A stretch of DNA of 64,000 nt from Amphiscolops sp. MND2022. Lineage: Eukaryota. The notes under the pieces are model-generated. The model did no database searches. It saw only the letters and a program-made list of their open reading frames with translations, and was not told where the DNA came from. Where the stretch lies: positions 16,616,001 through 16,680,000 of the forward strand of contig OZ076412.1 of NCBI GenBank assembly GCA_964187785.1, in the 5' to 3' direction. Below are positions 1 to 12,800 of the stretch, one piece after another (positions within the stretch are counted from its first letter, which is position 1; each line of letters opens with the position of its first letter). The translations under genes were made by a program, and so were the position numbers.

Positions 1-1289
1 ATTACTTAGAAACCTTTGAATCAAGACCAGAAAGATATGCAGAGACTGAGATTTGGATAAACCAAAGTGACCCGCTAAGCTGATATAAAAGAAAGGACAT
101 CACGCTATAGAACCACAAGCCAAGTCACTTTGCATGCAACGCAAGTCACCGGGGTAGCTTTCTACTTCAATGGAAAATTAGAAAACGAATTATTTGAAGT
201 TGAAACTGACCTTGAAACTTCGATCATTGAGGCGAAGATTGATTGAAACAATATGAAAAATATCTGCGTTGTGTACAAACATTACCCATTCAAATTTAAT
301 TTCATTTTTCCAACAGTTTGAGGGAATACTTTTTTGCTAACTCAACTTGGAAAGATGAAACGATAGATTTTGAGGACGTAAAGTCGACTTAGTGAAACAT
401 TTCCTTGAAAAGTTAGGGTAAAAACTTACTAGCTGCTTACGGTTTTGAGTTTCGCAAATTTTTTTGTCCAACAGAGTTACAGCTTAGTCCGAACGAAAGT
501 TGTCGTGATCAAATGATGACAAAAAATCACTTGAAAACGGAAACACTGTCGGTAAAATTAGCGATCACCATATGTTTTGATATTTTGATTTTGACCATTG
601 ATATTTTACGTATATACAGAAAAAAAATAGTTCTGATGAACCCAACTTTAAAAACAGGTTTTTAAACAGCAACAAAAGTGAAGACCGGTCATTTCTTTAT
701 ATGCTTAACAACAAATTCAAACAAACAACAAATGATAACCGTTAATATGGTGCAGTTTAATGATTTGCGCAGACCCTTAAGAAGTGTTTTGAAAATTGCT
801 CTGAAAAGCTATGATAATCTTGCTATGCTAATTGGATAACAAACAAACAAACGGCAATACTATAAGGAATAAATCTTCCTAGAAGCTAATAAAATGTTCA
901 AATGGATTTTTCAAAAAGTTATATGGCAGAAGCAACGCAATACCGTTACGTAAGACGTACGTAAAGCAAGAAGAAAAGGGAGCTATCAATCGATGGGCCA
1001 ATTTCAACAACAAAACTTAATAATACGAAAAAGAGCACAAACGACCAAATGTCGACACTTCAAATTTTTAGAATAATTCACATCATTTTGACCAAAAGTG
1101 TCATTGAAACAAAACCAGACAGAGCAACCTAGAGTGTTGAGGTAACCAGGTCACGAAAACATGTTTATATCTCAAACACGATTTTACATAAAACGATGAA
1201 AAAAGAAAGAAAACGATGAAATGGATCAAATTGTATTAACAACGAGATTTCAAATTGCCGCTCAACAATTACTGGATCGATAACCCTAA

Positions 1290-1900
1290 ATGGACCATGG
1301 TACGATTTCGGACCAATTAGTTTCTGCAAACTTCTAAACTAACTTCTAAACTTCTAACTGTACGGTAGAAAAAGCTCTTGAATAAATTTTTCAGACGATA
1401 TTACATAACATTGCACGCCTTTCCAAGGAAAAATGACATGATGTCTCCGAAATCAAGAAAACGGGACTAAAAAATCTATTATCGGTTTTGAGAAATTTGC
1501 CTCAAGTTTGAAGGTTGGCACATGCCACGAAATCTGCGAAAAATAAAAAAAAACGTCACCATATGGGCACCTCGCAACCCACAATGACGTTGGCTATAAC
1601 AATCGAACAAAATCTTAATAAACGAATGATGACCAAAAATTTTTGAACGCAGCCACATGTCAATGTTCGCTGATGATACTAAGATTGTTGAAACACTAGA
1701 CAAAATGCTAGTATGGTTCTCTTTGAACAAGTTACCAGTGAACAAGTTACCAAAATGTGGAACAATTACTTTTGGATTAGTTTTCGTGGACAGGTATCCA
1801 TGATTGGATGAACAGTACCATATTTCAATTTTGACAAGTATCTTGGTGTACATATTGAAAGATACATATTGGTTCAATGAGCACATGAAATACGTCAATC
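1290..1900 (+). pseudogene. Degraded non-LTR (L2/CR1-like) reverse transcriptase remnant
   Basis: Broken plus-strand peptides DFGPISFCKL (NYRPISLL-like) and MFADDTKIVETLDKMLVWFSLNKLPVN (RT FADD motif plus W..NKL.VN); boundaries approximate. Confidence 0.5.
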
Positions 1901-1902
1901 AA

Positions 1903-2425
1903 ATGTAATGTCAAGCTAACAGCTACATTCTAGAACTGGGACAATGCCTAGATTGCTTCAACAAGAGACCAGTGTCTTACAACAACCTAACCATTAGTTT
2001 TTGATCCCGAAACGGTCTCAGTAGGGACTTTCCACTTGTCTAAGGAGACTCCTCATATTAGAGCTCCGTGGCGACCATCATTGCCGATCTGCAATGTAAC
2101 ATTCAAAACTATGAAATTAACTTTTTCGGAGTTTTTAGGGCTTTCTGAGCAAACCATCGATGGGTAGTACTTCTAATCTTCGGGTTTTCCAAGACATTTT
2201 TTGGACAAGATGGCACAACACTGGGTTTTGGACATTTCTTCTCCTCAGGGATGATCTATCTCGTCTCCAATAGGGTGTCAGGAGTTTTTGGGTGGCCGGG
2301 CGGGGTGTTCTTCACTCTTTTTTATCGTCTTTTTTGATTTCAACGACCTGCCAGGTCGGCCATTTTGGTTCGCACATTTTTGGTGTTTTCATCGAATTTT
2401 TTGGATGTTGACTGGTGGACGTTAC
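1903..2425 (+). repeat. Dispersed repeat, copy 1
   Basis: Reverse complement of 19828-20544 (ATGTAATGTCAAGCTAACAGCTACATTCTAGAACTGGG ... GGTGGACGTTAC); no ORF, no TSD seen. Confidence 0.85.
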
Positions 2426-4073
2426 ATCCTACCCGGGCCGAAGTTTGACGTCCTCGGCAAACGAGAGAGAATGCAAAATTACATACCCAGTGGGTTTTAG
2501 CAACATTTCAATTTTTCCTTAGATCTTACTGCTCAAAAACTCTATATCAATTTGGTAGCACTTTTGGATCTTTTGAATTTAGCTCTTTTTCAATATTTCA
2601 AAAGACAAAAATCAATTTCGCTAAAAACTCTTTTCATTCTGTTTCAGTCTGGTTAAAACTTCTTTTAGGGGAAAGTTTCACTTCAGCGACACTCAACCAG
2701 TAAAACTAAAAACAGTTTTAATGCAAAGTTTCAAATGCACTTTTCAAGGCGACGAGCGAAGCGAGGGTCCTCATTGTTTGCGTCGGGTTTTTTTTTCGCC
2801 AAAACGTGACATCCCTTTGCATTTGTAACAGTTTCTGCTGTTTTTCTCCAAGCCTATTTCTCCGAGACTATTCGAAATTGTAAAAAAAGAACCGCAACTG
2901 AATGCCCTTTCTGGCCATGTGAGAAGGTTCCAAAAATTTTCCGCCTGGGCGATTTTATTAGCTTCGAAAACACAATTTTTGCGAAAATTTTTAGGTTTTT
3001 TTTCCGATTTTGCGTAATTTTACCTTTTGAACCATATCGAACAGTCTCAAAATAGATACCAACCGACGCAAGAGGATGTCTTCTTTAAGGTCGTGAAAAT
3101 TTCATTGTCTTACAATTATTGGGCGTTAAGAAAATGGCGATTAAACACTTGCTTAATTTACTACTCAAACGACATCGACGAGGCTCATAATTAGTACCGA
3201 CCGACAGAACAGAATGTTTTCTCTAAGCTCGTGAAAATTTCTTTATCCTACGATCATTGGTCGTTGAGAAAATGGCCAAAAATAATCGGAAACTTTTTGG
3301 GTTTTTTGCAAAAAAAAGTGTATTTTGACGTACCCCATAAATTTGGGGGTGCTTTGGATCACTTTCGTAGAAACTATTACTCCTGGGCGCTCTCGGAGAT
3401 TTTCCAAGAATTTAAGGCCAGCGCGATTTTTTAGGCTTCGGAAACGTGAAATTTCTGATAAATTTGAAACTTTTGCAGATTTTGCCTTTCTTCGGTTGAT
3501 AAACCACATCAAACTGGACAAACATAGGCGTCAGTTGACGTATCAGGGCCTCTCGTTTCAGTGACTGAAGGTTTTATTAGTGGGCGATGAAAAATGGCAA
3601 TTAAAAGTGGATTTTTTTGAACATCACTATTACTTACTGTAAATCACATCGTCTCGTACAAGTGACCTAGCCAACGCTCTTTGACATAATACAATGCAAG
3701 ATCATATGATTCCTGGACGCGAGCTGGAATCTAAATTTCACTGCTGAATATTTTGAAGCCTCGAAGAGATTGTCTGCTCGGAGCCGTCGCGCAATGACTG
3801 TTGCGCCTGTTTTTTTGCAGGAACCAAGCTGGGAACTACCTACCAGGTAGTTATACTAATTTCAGTGGTAATTTTTGATTGAACTAAAATTGCACAAAGT
3901 ACTTCAACTTGCAATTAGGTAGGAATGTTTTCAACGACAGTTTCTTGGTAAGTTTAGTTTGATTACTAGAGTTCATTTTCAGTCTTCTTCACTACTCTTT
4001 GTCCGTATTGTCAGCAACTGTAGTGTGGTTTTGTAGTTTCGCTCAACGTCTCCAACAGCACATCTATCAGTGG

Positions 4074-6101
4074 TCAATCTTGCTGATCAGGACTGGGAAC
4101 TTCATTCAGCTCCAATTCAATATCAAACTTGTCTGACTCTTCTCGTGGCGTTGCCAAACCATCAGATGGAACAATAGGAATGTCCGCTTGTATCGGGTTG
4201 ACTTGATTCGTGTTGTTGGTTAATCCTTTTGTTTCTGCGGTTGCTAGGGTCTGTGACGAATTGGCTTGGCTCAGACTTGATACTATGGAAGTCGAACTGC
4301 CGCTGGCAGAAACCTCAATATGTCCTGCTGCCTGTCTTTCTGTGGTACAGCCCAACGGGAGTAGATCTGGCAGCTGGTCGGCAAGCTGTTGGTGTCCATA
4401 TCTCTCAAATACCTCTTTGTATGTCCTGACGACGGTCAGATAGCCTTCGGAAACGGAGTTTCCTTCTTGTTTTGGTTTAGCTATCAAATCCGAAAATAGT
4501 TCTATTGCCATCTTTGGATTTTTTGGCATTTCTTCACTGATGGGCAGTATTGTTCGGTTTGGTTCCTTGGCAATCTTTGGTACAACGGCTTTCAATATTT
4601 GGTATTGTTGGTAGATTGCCCAATCCACCATTGGAGGTTCTGTCCAACAAGTGGTATTCGTTAGGATCGTCGCGGTGTTGACTCGTGGTTCCGTTCGTGG
4701 ATTGTACATTCACGATGTGTCTGTTAAAATTCGATATTGCTGCTTTTCTAGCGTGAAGCCTTTCCTTCGTCCTATCAAGCGCTGTGTGGTATTGGTCTGC
4801 GTCCTGAAGGTTGCTTCTTCATCCCAACTGGAGAAATCATGTACGACACAAGTACTGGGTATTATTGGAACATGCAGCAATTCTACCGGGTGGAATTCCA
4901 GGGACAAGGGCAGGGAGCACCGCGCTCTGACTCGAACTAAGATAATGACATTGTGCTCGGCCTGTTTTTTGTCCTTGATAATGGTGTACGCCATCGGTGG
5001 CCTCTTATTCGCAAATTCGCGTACTAATAGCTGATAATCAGGTGGTCAGGCGTCACCTTCTGGGTCCACAAAGTGTAGGATTGACAACGTGGGAGTGCGG
5101 ACAGCAACTCTAAGAGTTTGCGTAGGATAACGTAGTGCCATCACGGAACCGAATATGGGCCATATGTTAGGAGCAATCACTGGGATTGGGTCTTCTGTTT
5201 CTACCAGCATCAAGTTGGCCATCTGAGACGGGAAGAGAAACCCTGGCAGGTTTTTGTCATTGCGTTGCTGAATCTGCGAGTCGTCCAGGTTACACATTAC
5301 ACCCGACAATTTTACCCATGCTGAATAAATCCAGGCTAGGATCATCTCGACATTTTCGGCCAGCTGGGCACGCAATCTCAATGCTCCTGCAGGGTCCAGT
5401 GTGTTCAGGATCGCATGTATCCAACCTCTTTGGTTTCGTGCGTATACCAGGAAGCTGAATAGGCTTGAGTTGACCTTGTTCACGATTGACCTCTGTACCA
5501 AATGCACAGGACCTTTGAGTCAAAGCCGACTGTCATCAGGTAGGCTGAGATTTCACTGATTGTGGCTCTTTCATCGCTTCTATCTATAATTTCATTTGTT
5601 GTTCCTCTAGGCTACTTTCACACTGAACCATCGTTGGTACCCAAAACAGAGAAATGTTGTACATGAAAAACGGAATTGTATTTGGTGTCGCTCTGATAAC
5701 TGTGCTAAAGTTTCTTGCAATACTTCGTGCCAAGACTGGTACGAGTGTTCACGATTAGCTCGATTTTCTTGTGCTATCTTTCGGGCAAGTACTGCTAGTA
5801 GCATTAGAGTGAAGGAGACCATATTGGGTTGAGAGTCCACGGCTATTGTGGTCACAGGAAAGACGGTGTTATCAGTGCGAGTTTGTTTTATAACTTCACT
5901 CTTCCTGAAGAGAGCTAGCTGCTCTTTGTGGAACGTCGCATTCTGCGTTTTCGCGTCCTGGGTCGACACGTCTCTCTTCTCAAACCACAGGTTGTCTATG
6001 ATCTTTGCTTTCTCCTTCTCGTTTGGCTCATTAACCTGACCCACTCCATTCTCGTCGAACGTACGATGTGCCACTTGCATCGAAGGCGTTTGCTTCATCA
6101 A
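4074..6101 (-). pseudogene. Distal accessory ORF fragments of Gypsy 1, unknown function
   Basis: Consecutive same-strand ORFs 5607-6101, 5046-5507, 4710-4994 and 4074-4709 that nearly abut, consistent with one disrupted long ORF. Confidence 0.5.
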
Positions 6102-6123
6102 CTAACAGCTGTGAGTTGCCCTC

Positions 6124-7011
6124 TTATCCGGTGTAAGCCTGCAGGGCTTTCGATACCTCCGGCAGGAAGGCGGGATATGAGTTTTCGCAAGGGCGCCAAG
6201 TCATGGCACAGATCCTCAAATAAGGAGCAACAACATAGAAGTACAGGTTTTGGGCAGAAGCACCTTCCGATAGCAAATACAGAAACTGTTGCAGTGGCTT
6301 TGGAAGGTATACGTACCCTGGGTGTGATTCAAAGATTTTTCTTGCTGTGGGCTTCTTTCTTTGCACGCAGCGGATCACAATTCTCATTGCTTCGATGTAT
6401 GATACGACTTCGCTGGTCATCACTTCCTCGGTCAATCGTCTATTTCCGCCTTCAAGATCTTTTAAGAATCCCCGGAGGGATAAGTGGTCGATCACCTTGC
6501 TGTACATCAGCAACGGTGGAAATGGAATCGTCTCAGTAGGATTGGCAGCAGGGCTAAAGACCTTACAAGTCACCTCGACTATATCCTTCAACAAAGAGCA
6601 AGACAGGTTCATTACTCGATCGTCCATCAGTGTATTGTTCATAATTGACGTTGCCTTCATTGTTGAGTCTATGAACAAGGCGATACGTGTTTTCTGAAGA
6701 ACCTCTTTTCCCATGGGAAGCAGCGTAGTCAGATCCCTCTCAAAGTTGCGACTTCGCAGCAGTTGCTCATCATACCTGGCTGGACGTTGCGTTTTTAACT
6801 TTACTTTCGATAGTAGTGGTCTCGTAAATGGAAATTTGTCTCTGTGGAGATCTTCTTTCACCCTTTCGAACCATGAGGGAATGCGATCCAATAACAATGT
6901 CGGCTTTTTCACAGGCCTGAGGTAATGCATTCCAACTGAGGCTTTTTCTAATGTTCTTATATTCTCCGGTTCCCCTTTGCTTGTATCTGTCTCGAATTTT
7001 TGAACATCCAA
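6124..7011 (-). CDS. Accessory ORF fragment, SGNH/GDSL-esterase-like fold
   Basis: RIALFIDSTM (block I GDS-like), LLMYSKVIDHL (block III-like), YIEAMRIVIRCVQRKKPTARKIFESHP (helix-strand pattern typical of SGNH). Confidence 0.4.
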   Translation of the reverse strand: MDVQKFETDTSKGEPENIRTLEKASVGMHYLRPVKKPTLLLDRIPSWFERVKEDLHRDKFPFTRPLLSKVKLKTQRPARYDEQLLRSRNFERDLTTLLPMGKEVLQKTRIALFIDSTMKATSIMNNTLMDDRVMNLSCSLLKDIVEVTCKVFSPAANPTETIPFPPLLMYSKVIDHLSLRGFLKDLEGGNRRLTEEVMTSEVVSYIEAMRIVIRCVQRKKPTARKIFESHPGYVYLPKPLQQFLYLLSEGASAQNLYFYVVAPYLRICAMTWRPCENSYPAFLPEVSKALQAYTG

Positions 7012-7473
7012 ACCTGACTCTGGATATCCCGATTAGATATCCCGCTGCAGACGCACCGCGTCTCTGGCTGTAATGTCATACTGTTGTGCCCCAGTCTGCG
7101 ACAGGAGCTCTCCGGAAAATTTTACTCTTCTAGCCTCCGGCTGTCGCACGGGGAGGGGTTTGGGCTTAAGCTAGCAGCAACTGAATTTGCAGGTTCTTTT
7201 TCTGGACCAACTGCTCTAATTTGTTCTTCTGCTAATTCTGATTCAATAAGTCTCTTAAGTCTATCGGCGGGTTTGCTGCTTGTCTTTCTGCTTTTTGATG
7301 TTCCTTTTGTCGTTCTTGCAGCTCCGGGTTGGCCTGGAAACCAACTAGATGTTGCGGATCCGCAGACGTCTAAGGCATTGAGGCAACGTACGAATCTTGG
7401 ACCCCAGTCAAGCTCTTCGTCATCGGTACGTCGTAGGGATTTCGCATTTGTATGGTTCTTGGTCTCTCGTTCG

Positions 7474-8190
7474 TCATCGTGTTTTCCTCCGTTGAATTGT
7501 TGGTGTTCTGCGCATTTGTGCGCACTTCTTCCACCCCTTCCCCCTGAAAGAAGAAGGGAGCATGAGTTCGGGGTTATCAGGTTCCAAGCGTCTAACGCTG
7601 ATGAACGCGGTCAATGGCTGTGGTGTCAGTTTAGGCGGGGGTATAACGGGCAACGTACATGTGAATTGGTGTGACAGCGGCTCTAGGGTCGGCAAGATGT
7701 CTCGGTTGGGTTCTGATAGCATCATAGCTGTCATCGATTGTATCTGTGTCGGTGAGACCTGTAGAGGTTGTTGCCGTTCCATAGGGGGCCTAGCAGGCTC
7801 GCCATATGTTAAGTGCGATCGATGATCTTCAAAATGGTGAGTGAGATCATGTCCATGCCAAGCTCCATTGCTAAGTTCCGCGGTTTGGCGGAAGGATCCG
7901 ATTCTCACGGAAAAAGATAGAACGAAGTCTGGGTGCGTTTCCAACGATTGCATTTGGGTAATGAGCATAGCCATTCCGGTGACGAGGGTCGGCGAAGCGC
8001 CGGATTGAAGTTGGGATTGGACAAGACCAAGCTGGTCTACTCTACCGTGTGGATCCTTGACATGCAGCGAGAACACTGGAGGTTCTGGCGCAGCCGTTGC
8101 TGGGGCTCGAGTTTGGTCATCCTTGCTGGTGCTAGCCGGTGAATTGGATACGGGTGGTAGTGGCATTCTAATGCGGGAGGATTGGTCCAT
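7474..8190 (-). CDS. Pro/Ser-rich N-terminal part of a long accessory ORF of Gypsy 1
   Basis: Open frame MDQSSRIRMPLPPV...; continues through frameshifts toward 7011. Confidence 0.4.
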   Translation of the reverse strand: MDQSSRIRMPLPPVSNSPASTSKDDQTRAPATAAPEPPVFSLHVKDPHGRVDQLGLVQSQLQSGASPTLVTGMAMLITQMQSLETHPDFVLSFSVRIGSFRQTAELSNGAWHGHDLTHHFEDHRSHLTYGEPARPPMERQQPLQVSPTQIQSMTAMMLSEPNRDILPTLEPLSHQFTCTLPVIPPPKLTPQPLTAFISVRRLEPDNPELMLPSSFRGKGWKKCAQMRRTPTIQRRKTR

Positions 8191-8524
8191 ATGTAACAAT
8201 AGTAGCACCTTCAAATTGCAACTGTTATTGAATGACAGCAAAGATGATATGTGACTGGGAGTGTCGCGTAGTAGCGAGAGGACAGGACAGAAACGAGAAA
8301 AAACAAGCATCAATTTTGTGTTAAAACATTTTATTGGTAGTTTCAGGTTTGGTACAGTCCATCGTTTTCGAAAGTTTTCAGTAAAACAAACGCAACAATC
8401 TGCTGTAAGAACCAGTCCAACTATTGGTTAAAACGACACACGCATAAAAGAAGGCCATTGGCCTCCAGAAAGGTTATTTATGGGGGCTACTGGTGCTCAA
8501 TCCAATTTGTGCTTCGGATCGTTG

Positions 8525-9037
8525 TCATGGGTTTACCGATGCAATTGACACATAGACCATATCATCGTGGAGAACTATGTCAATGTTTGACTCGATGAAG
8601 TGATCTCTCAACATTGAATACCAAGCTGGTAGTTTGTTGACTGACCTTTCGCGATCATAGATAGGAAAGCGAAATTGTATGGTATGAGCTTGCGTGAACT
8701 TTTTTACTAGATCTGTAAGACACAAATGTAATACTTCATGCAGCATGGGATGTTTGCTGGAGGCTCTGGTGAATAACAGAAAAATGTCATTGTTCAATGG
8801 AGCATTTGGTGACATGACTAGGTGCATCTCCTTTCCAATGCCTGGTCGTAGTCTAAAGATCTCTCCTAGTCCGGATTCCCGAATGACGTAACGCGTCATC
8901 GCTGAGTAAGAAATAAGATGTACTGGACAGCACACTACCACGGAACCACCTGCTCGCAAGATATTAGTTTCGTCGTAGGTTATCCAAGGTCGATAGTTCG
9001 GCTTGAATTTAGGATGCGTTGTAAACAATTTTCGCAT
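8525..9037 (-). CDS. Accessory ORF of Gypsy 1, degenerate macrodomain-like fold
   Basis: WITYDETNIL..SVVVCCP..IFLLFTRASSKHPMLHEVLHLCLTDL..FRFPIY..LRDHFIESNIDIVLH follows the element order of TARG1-type macrodomains; compared by eye. Confidence 0.5.
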   Translation of the reverse strand: MRKLFTTHPKFKPNYRPWITYDETNILRAGGSVVVCCPVHLISYSAMTRYVIRESGLGEIFRLRPGIGKEMHLVMSPNAPLNNDIFLLFTRASSKHPMLHEVLHLCLTDLVKKFTQAHTIQFRFPIYDRERSVNKLPAWYSMLRDHFIESNIDIVLHDDMVYVSIASVNP

Positions 9038-9039
9038 GA

Positions 9040-9617
9040 AAGTGCTTTAATTGTCGTGACTTGGCGCGAGGTGTTCCAGTATAGCTTTGCGGTCTTGCCA
9101 CACTGTTCGGCGTAGTTGTCTATTTCCCATGTTCGTACAAGACCAATCGTGGACTACAGAGGATGCTTCTAGCACGGTCACGGGGTTCTCGAACGTATAA
9201 GTGTGTTTATCCAACAAGCGAATTTTGGCTTGACGAAAGAAAGTTATAGCCAGTAGCTGTAGCCAATGTTGACTAAGAAATTTTCCGCGATATATCTGCT
9301 GGATGGAAACAAATGGTGTCTTCGAACTCTACGATTGTGCGTAAATTCTCCAGACAAATCAATAGAGTTCCGGGATTCACTGGTGATGTTTCGTCTAGGG
9401 AGGTGACTAGTTGCCACCAACCAGCGGTTGGGTGATATAGATCTCCGGGAGGGGAAGTCATACCATAATGTTGCAATAGCTGGTGCGCGATGATACAGCG
9501 TACCACAGTTACTTTCGTGTCCTCTGGCTCTACTTTCCCAAACACCATCGTTGGTGTAAGTGGGGGAATAATGGCAGCTAACGTGAACTCTAATTCGCCT
9601 TGTCGTGCCATGTCCAC
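9040..9617 (-). pseudogene. Upstream accessory ORF fragment of Gypsy 1, possible second macro-like repeat
   Basis: VTVVRCIIAHQ..WWQLVTSLDETSPVNPGTLLICLENL..ICFHP, broken by a frameshift near 9273; weaker resemblance than the downstream ORF. Confidence 0.35.
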
Positions 9618-9834
9618 TCTTTGAAACGGTAGGTAGGGCCGTCCGTAGGGGATGTTTCGTGCATTCCTTTTGATATGGTGTCTAGTGGCGGAAAAATTCC
9701 TTGTTCGTTACTTGAATACGTTTTTCTATCGTTATCAATACATGATGTATTAACTTAATCTCCTGGTGTTTGGCTTGAACAGCAAGAACTTTATGTTGTG
9801 CATACTTTGTACTTGTCTGATGTTTCTGGGTCAA

Positions 9835-12800
9835 TCAAAATCGGATCAGGAGCATCCGCTCCCCGGCACATAGCTTGTCTGGTGTTATCACTTCAACTAA
9901 GTTGACGCCACTACAGTCGCGGGAACCGCAGGTTCCACACCTATATCGTGGTGCTCTATTACGTCGTAGCTGATAAGGCGGTGCTTGTGAAGGAGATGTT
10001 TGCTCTGCACCCTGCTGATCTGGTAACATAGTATCTGGTATATTCGGTAATGTCATTACACGCTCTAGAGTTCTAGACCGAGCTCTGGTTCTCATTCTAA
10101 CTCTTGATCGAGTGTATGGTCTATTCGCTCTTGAAGTTATCCTGTTCGACGAAGTAGTACTTCCTTTTCTACGACCTGGAGGTCTGCCTCTTCGTCTGCT
10201 TCTTCCTCGGGCATTTCCCTCCGACGTGAGCGATGTCTCTTGACTTCGCCTGGTGGTTGATGTTCCCCATCAGTTCCTTCCTGGGGCTCGTCTTCTTCAG
10301 CAGGTTCTGGTTCTTTTGAGCTACCAGCTCGGGAACTGAATAGTGGGAACTTGCTCAGTGTGTCGGTCAAGGCTGGATTTGACAGCAATGGTGCTGACGT
10401 CCTTGTTGGAGAAGAGAAGGTAAAAGGCTGCTCGCTGGGTCGGGCAAGCTTTCCTCCTGGTTCGAAAACTGGTTTTAAATTATCTAGTTCGGGAGAAACA
10501 AATGGTTGCTGTTTTTCTTCCCCAGGTTGTTCATTTGGTTCCTGGTCAGATTCAGACTCAGATGGGTATCCGAAGTAGCTGAATCGCCTACGTGGGATTC
10601 CTTGTTCTAATGCCGTTTGGGTACGCGTTTGAATTGTGCGAGGTGGAACATGCGCGGTTGGTTCCATTTCGAATGATGCCTCCGGCAGTTGTTCTCGAAA
10701 GAATGAGTCTCGCGATATTTCTTGTGTTATCTCCTTATCATTGTCTTCCACGTATGGATCTGCGATGATGGCTAAATTCTGGTCCCACGGGAATGGTTGA
10801 TGTGCTGCGCAACCCCACGGTGCAGGCACGGGTTTCTTCAGGCGCTCGAAATGAATTTTTTGACTGGTATCCAAAACGTATAGTCTTCCATCTTGTAGTA
10901 CATCAGTGACCTTGTGAGGTCCACGTCAGGCACGAAGAAGTTTGCGGCTACCATCCTTGAGAATTATGTGACAGAAAACCCAAACGGCGTCACCCACGAG
11001 ATGAGCCTTTGCTTTCAAATGTCTGTCAAGCTTCTGCTTTTGTCGTTCTTGCCTCTGATGTGTATTCCTGCGAACAAGCTCATGGATTTTTGCTGTCTAG
11101 CAAGTAGATGCTCTACCAATTCTTCTTTAGATTCGAACTCTCGTGCTGCGAATTCTGGGTATATTTGGTATATGAACGAGAGCGGAACGGATTTTTGTGC
11201 GCCATGTTGGAGCATGTACGGAGAGACTCCGGTTGTTGCATGTCTTGTTGAATTGTAGGAACCCGAAAATCCGTCTATGTCCTCATCCCAATCCAACATC
11301 TGCAAGATGCGTAAACTTGGAGCAAGGTTATCAGTGTGCAATTCTGGCGTTCTACCAAAGCATTGCCTCCCGGAAGAGCTGGATTGGACGTTACTTTGGT
11401 GACCTGCGAGGCTTTCATCAGTTTTTGTGCAATTGCTGCAGTGAACTTTGGGGCATTGTCGGACTGCATTCTGGCAGGAGTGCTATGTCTTGCAAACCAT
11501 TTGTTCAAGATGAGCTTTGCAGTTGTCTGGGCATCGTACTCATCATGTGCACACGGAATGGCCTCTGCAAATTTGGTGAAATGGTCGATGATGACCAGCA
11601 GTCCATTGTTTCCCGACGTTGTCTTGCACAGTTTCATCAAATTGCGCTAGGTCATTGAAATTGCTACTGCTGGTACTTTGTAGAGGGTAGCACGGATTCC
11701 CAGCGGAAGGTTTCGTTTGTTGACACGTTAAGCAGTGCTTAATATGGTTTACTACATCACGCTTGATACCTGGCCAGGTGTGGCGCTCTTGTATTCTTGC
11801 GAAAACTTTGCCAATGCCTTGGTGTCCTGACTCATCATGCGATCTGTACAAAACTTCGTGTTGGTTCAGCTGGGGTATGACAACCATCGACGGTCGTACG
11901 TGCATCGCGCGTTGCAGCGGGATGTAATTGACACATAAAATGTCGTTCTTGTTCAGGAACAGTAAGTCCTTCTTCTGATAATAGTACCGTTTGGCAAAGT
12001 CCTGCACGTCTTCTGGGAATAAGATATCATCCAATCGTTCGTTCTTCAAAAGCTTTTTCAACGCTGGAAGGTGTACATCCATGTTTTGAGCTAGGTGTAG
12101 ATCCTTCTCCTTCAGGCCACGCATTGTCAATTGATGCTCGTGCAGTTCAGTTCCAATTAGTTTGAGAACGTCAGCTTGCTCTTGACACTGCGTAGGCAAT
12201 CTACGCAACGATGGGTCGCGTTTAGTGGTGTCGAGACGTGACGGCGGCAGTTTGGTTGTTACACTCAAGATACAATTGGTCTGTCGTTTTCGGTTGATTT
12301 TGGTGTTGTTTCCCATTGCACCTGTGGGTACCATGGTATGGAATTCAAAGATTGATCTGAGGTCGATTCTTCCTTTGGTAGCTTCTTTAAGATATAGAGC
12401 ACAGGGAGTTGTGCTAGAGTTTCCGTTGGAAGCTCCGGGTGATTCGAAATGAACTTTCCATGTTTGTCAATGTATGGTACGGTGGGGACGTTCTCGTAGT
12501 CGTTCTGGGACATGAAACTAAATCCCTTGCTCACTTCCGGGAGGGTCGCCACAATTGTTTTCCAGTGGACGTACTTTTTGGTCCTTTTGCTGAGACCGTC
12601 TGCACTTCTGTGATGCGTGGGTGGTCGGTGGACAGTCTTGAAGTGATATTGGCGTGCAATCCAGCGTCCAATCATGGCCTGATCCCTTGAGTACCTCTTC
12701 AGCTACAAGAGAGCCTGGTTATCTACTCGCAGCGTAAATTCTCGACCTGCAAGGTACGAATGGAATTTTTCGATAAATAGAACACTGCATACATCTTCAA

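Noticed and set aside
2750-2790. Helitron-like end motif CGAGCGAAGCGAG
   Set aside because: Single short motif with no definable element boundaries or second copy in the window.
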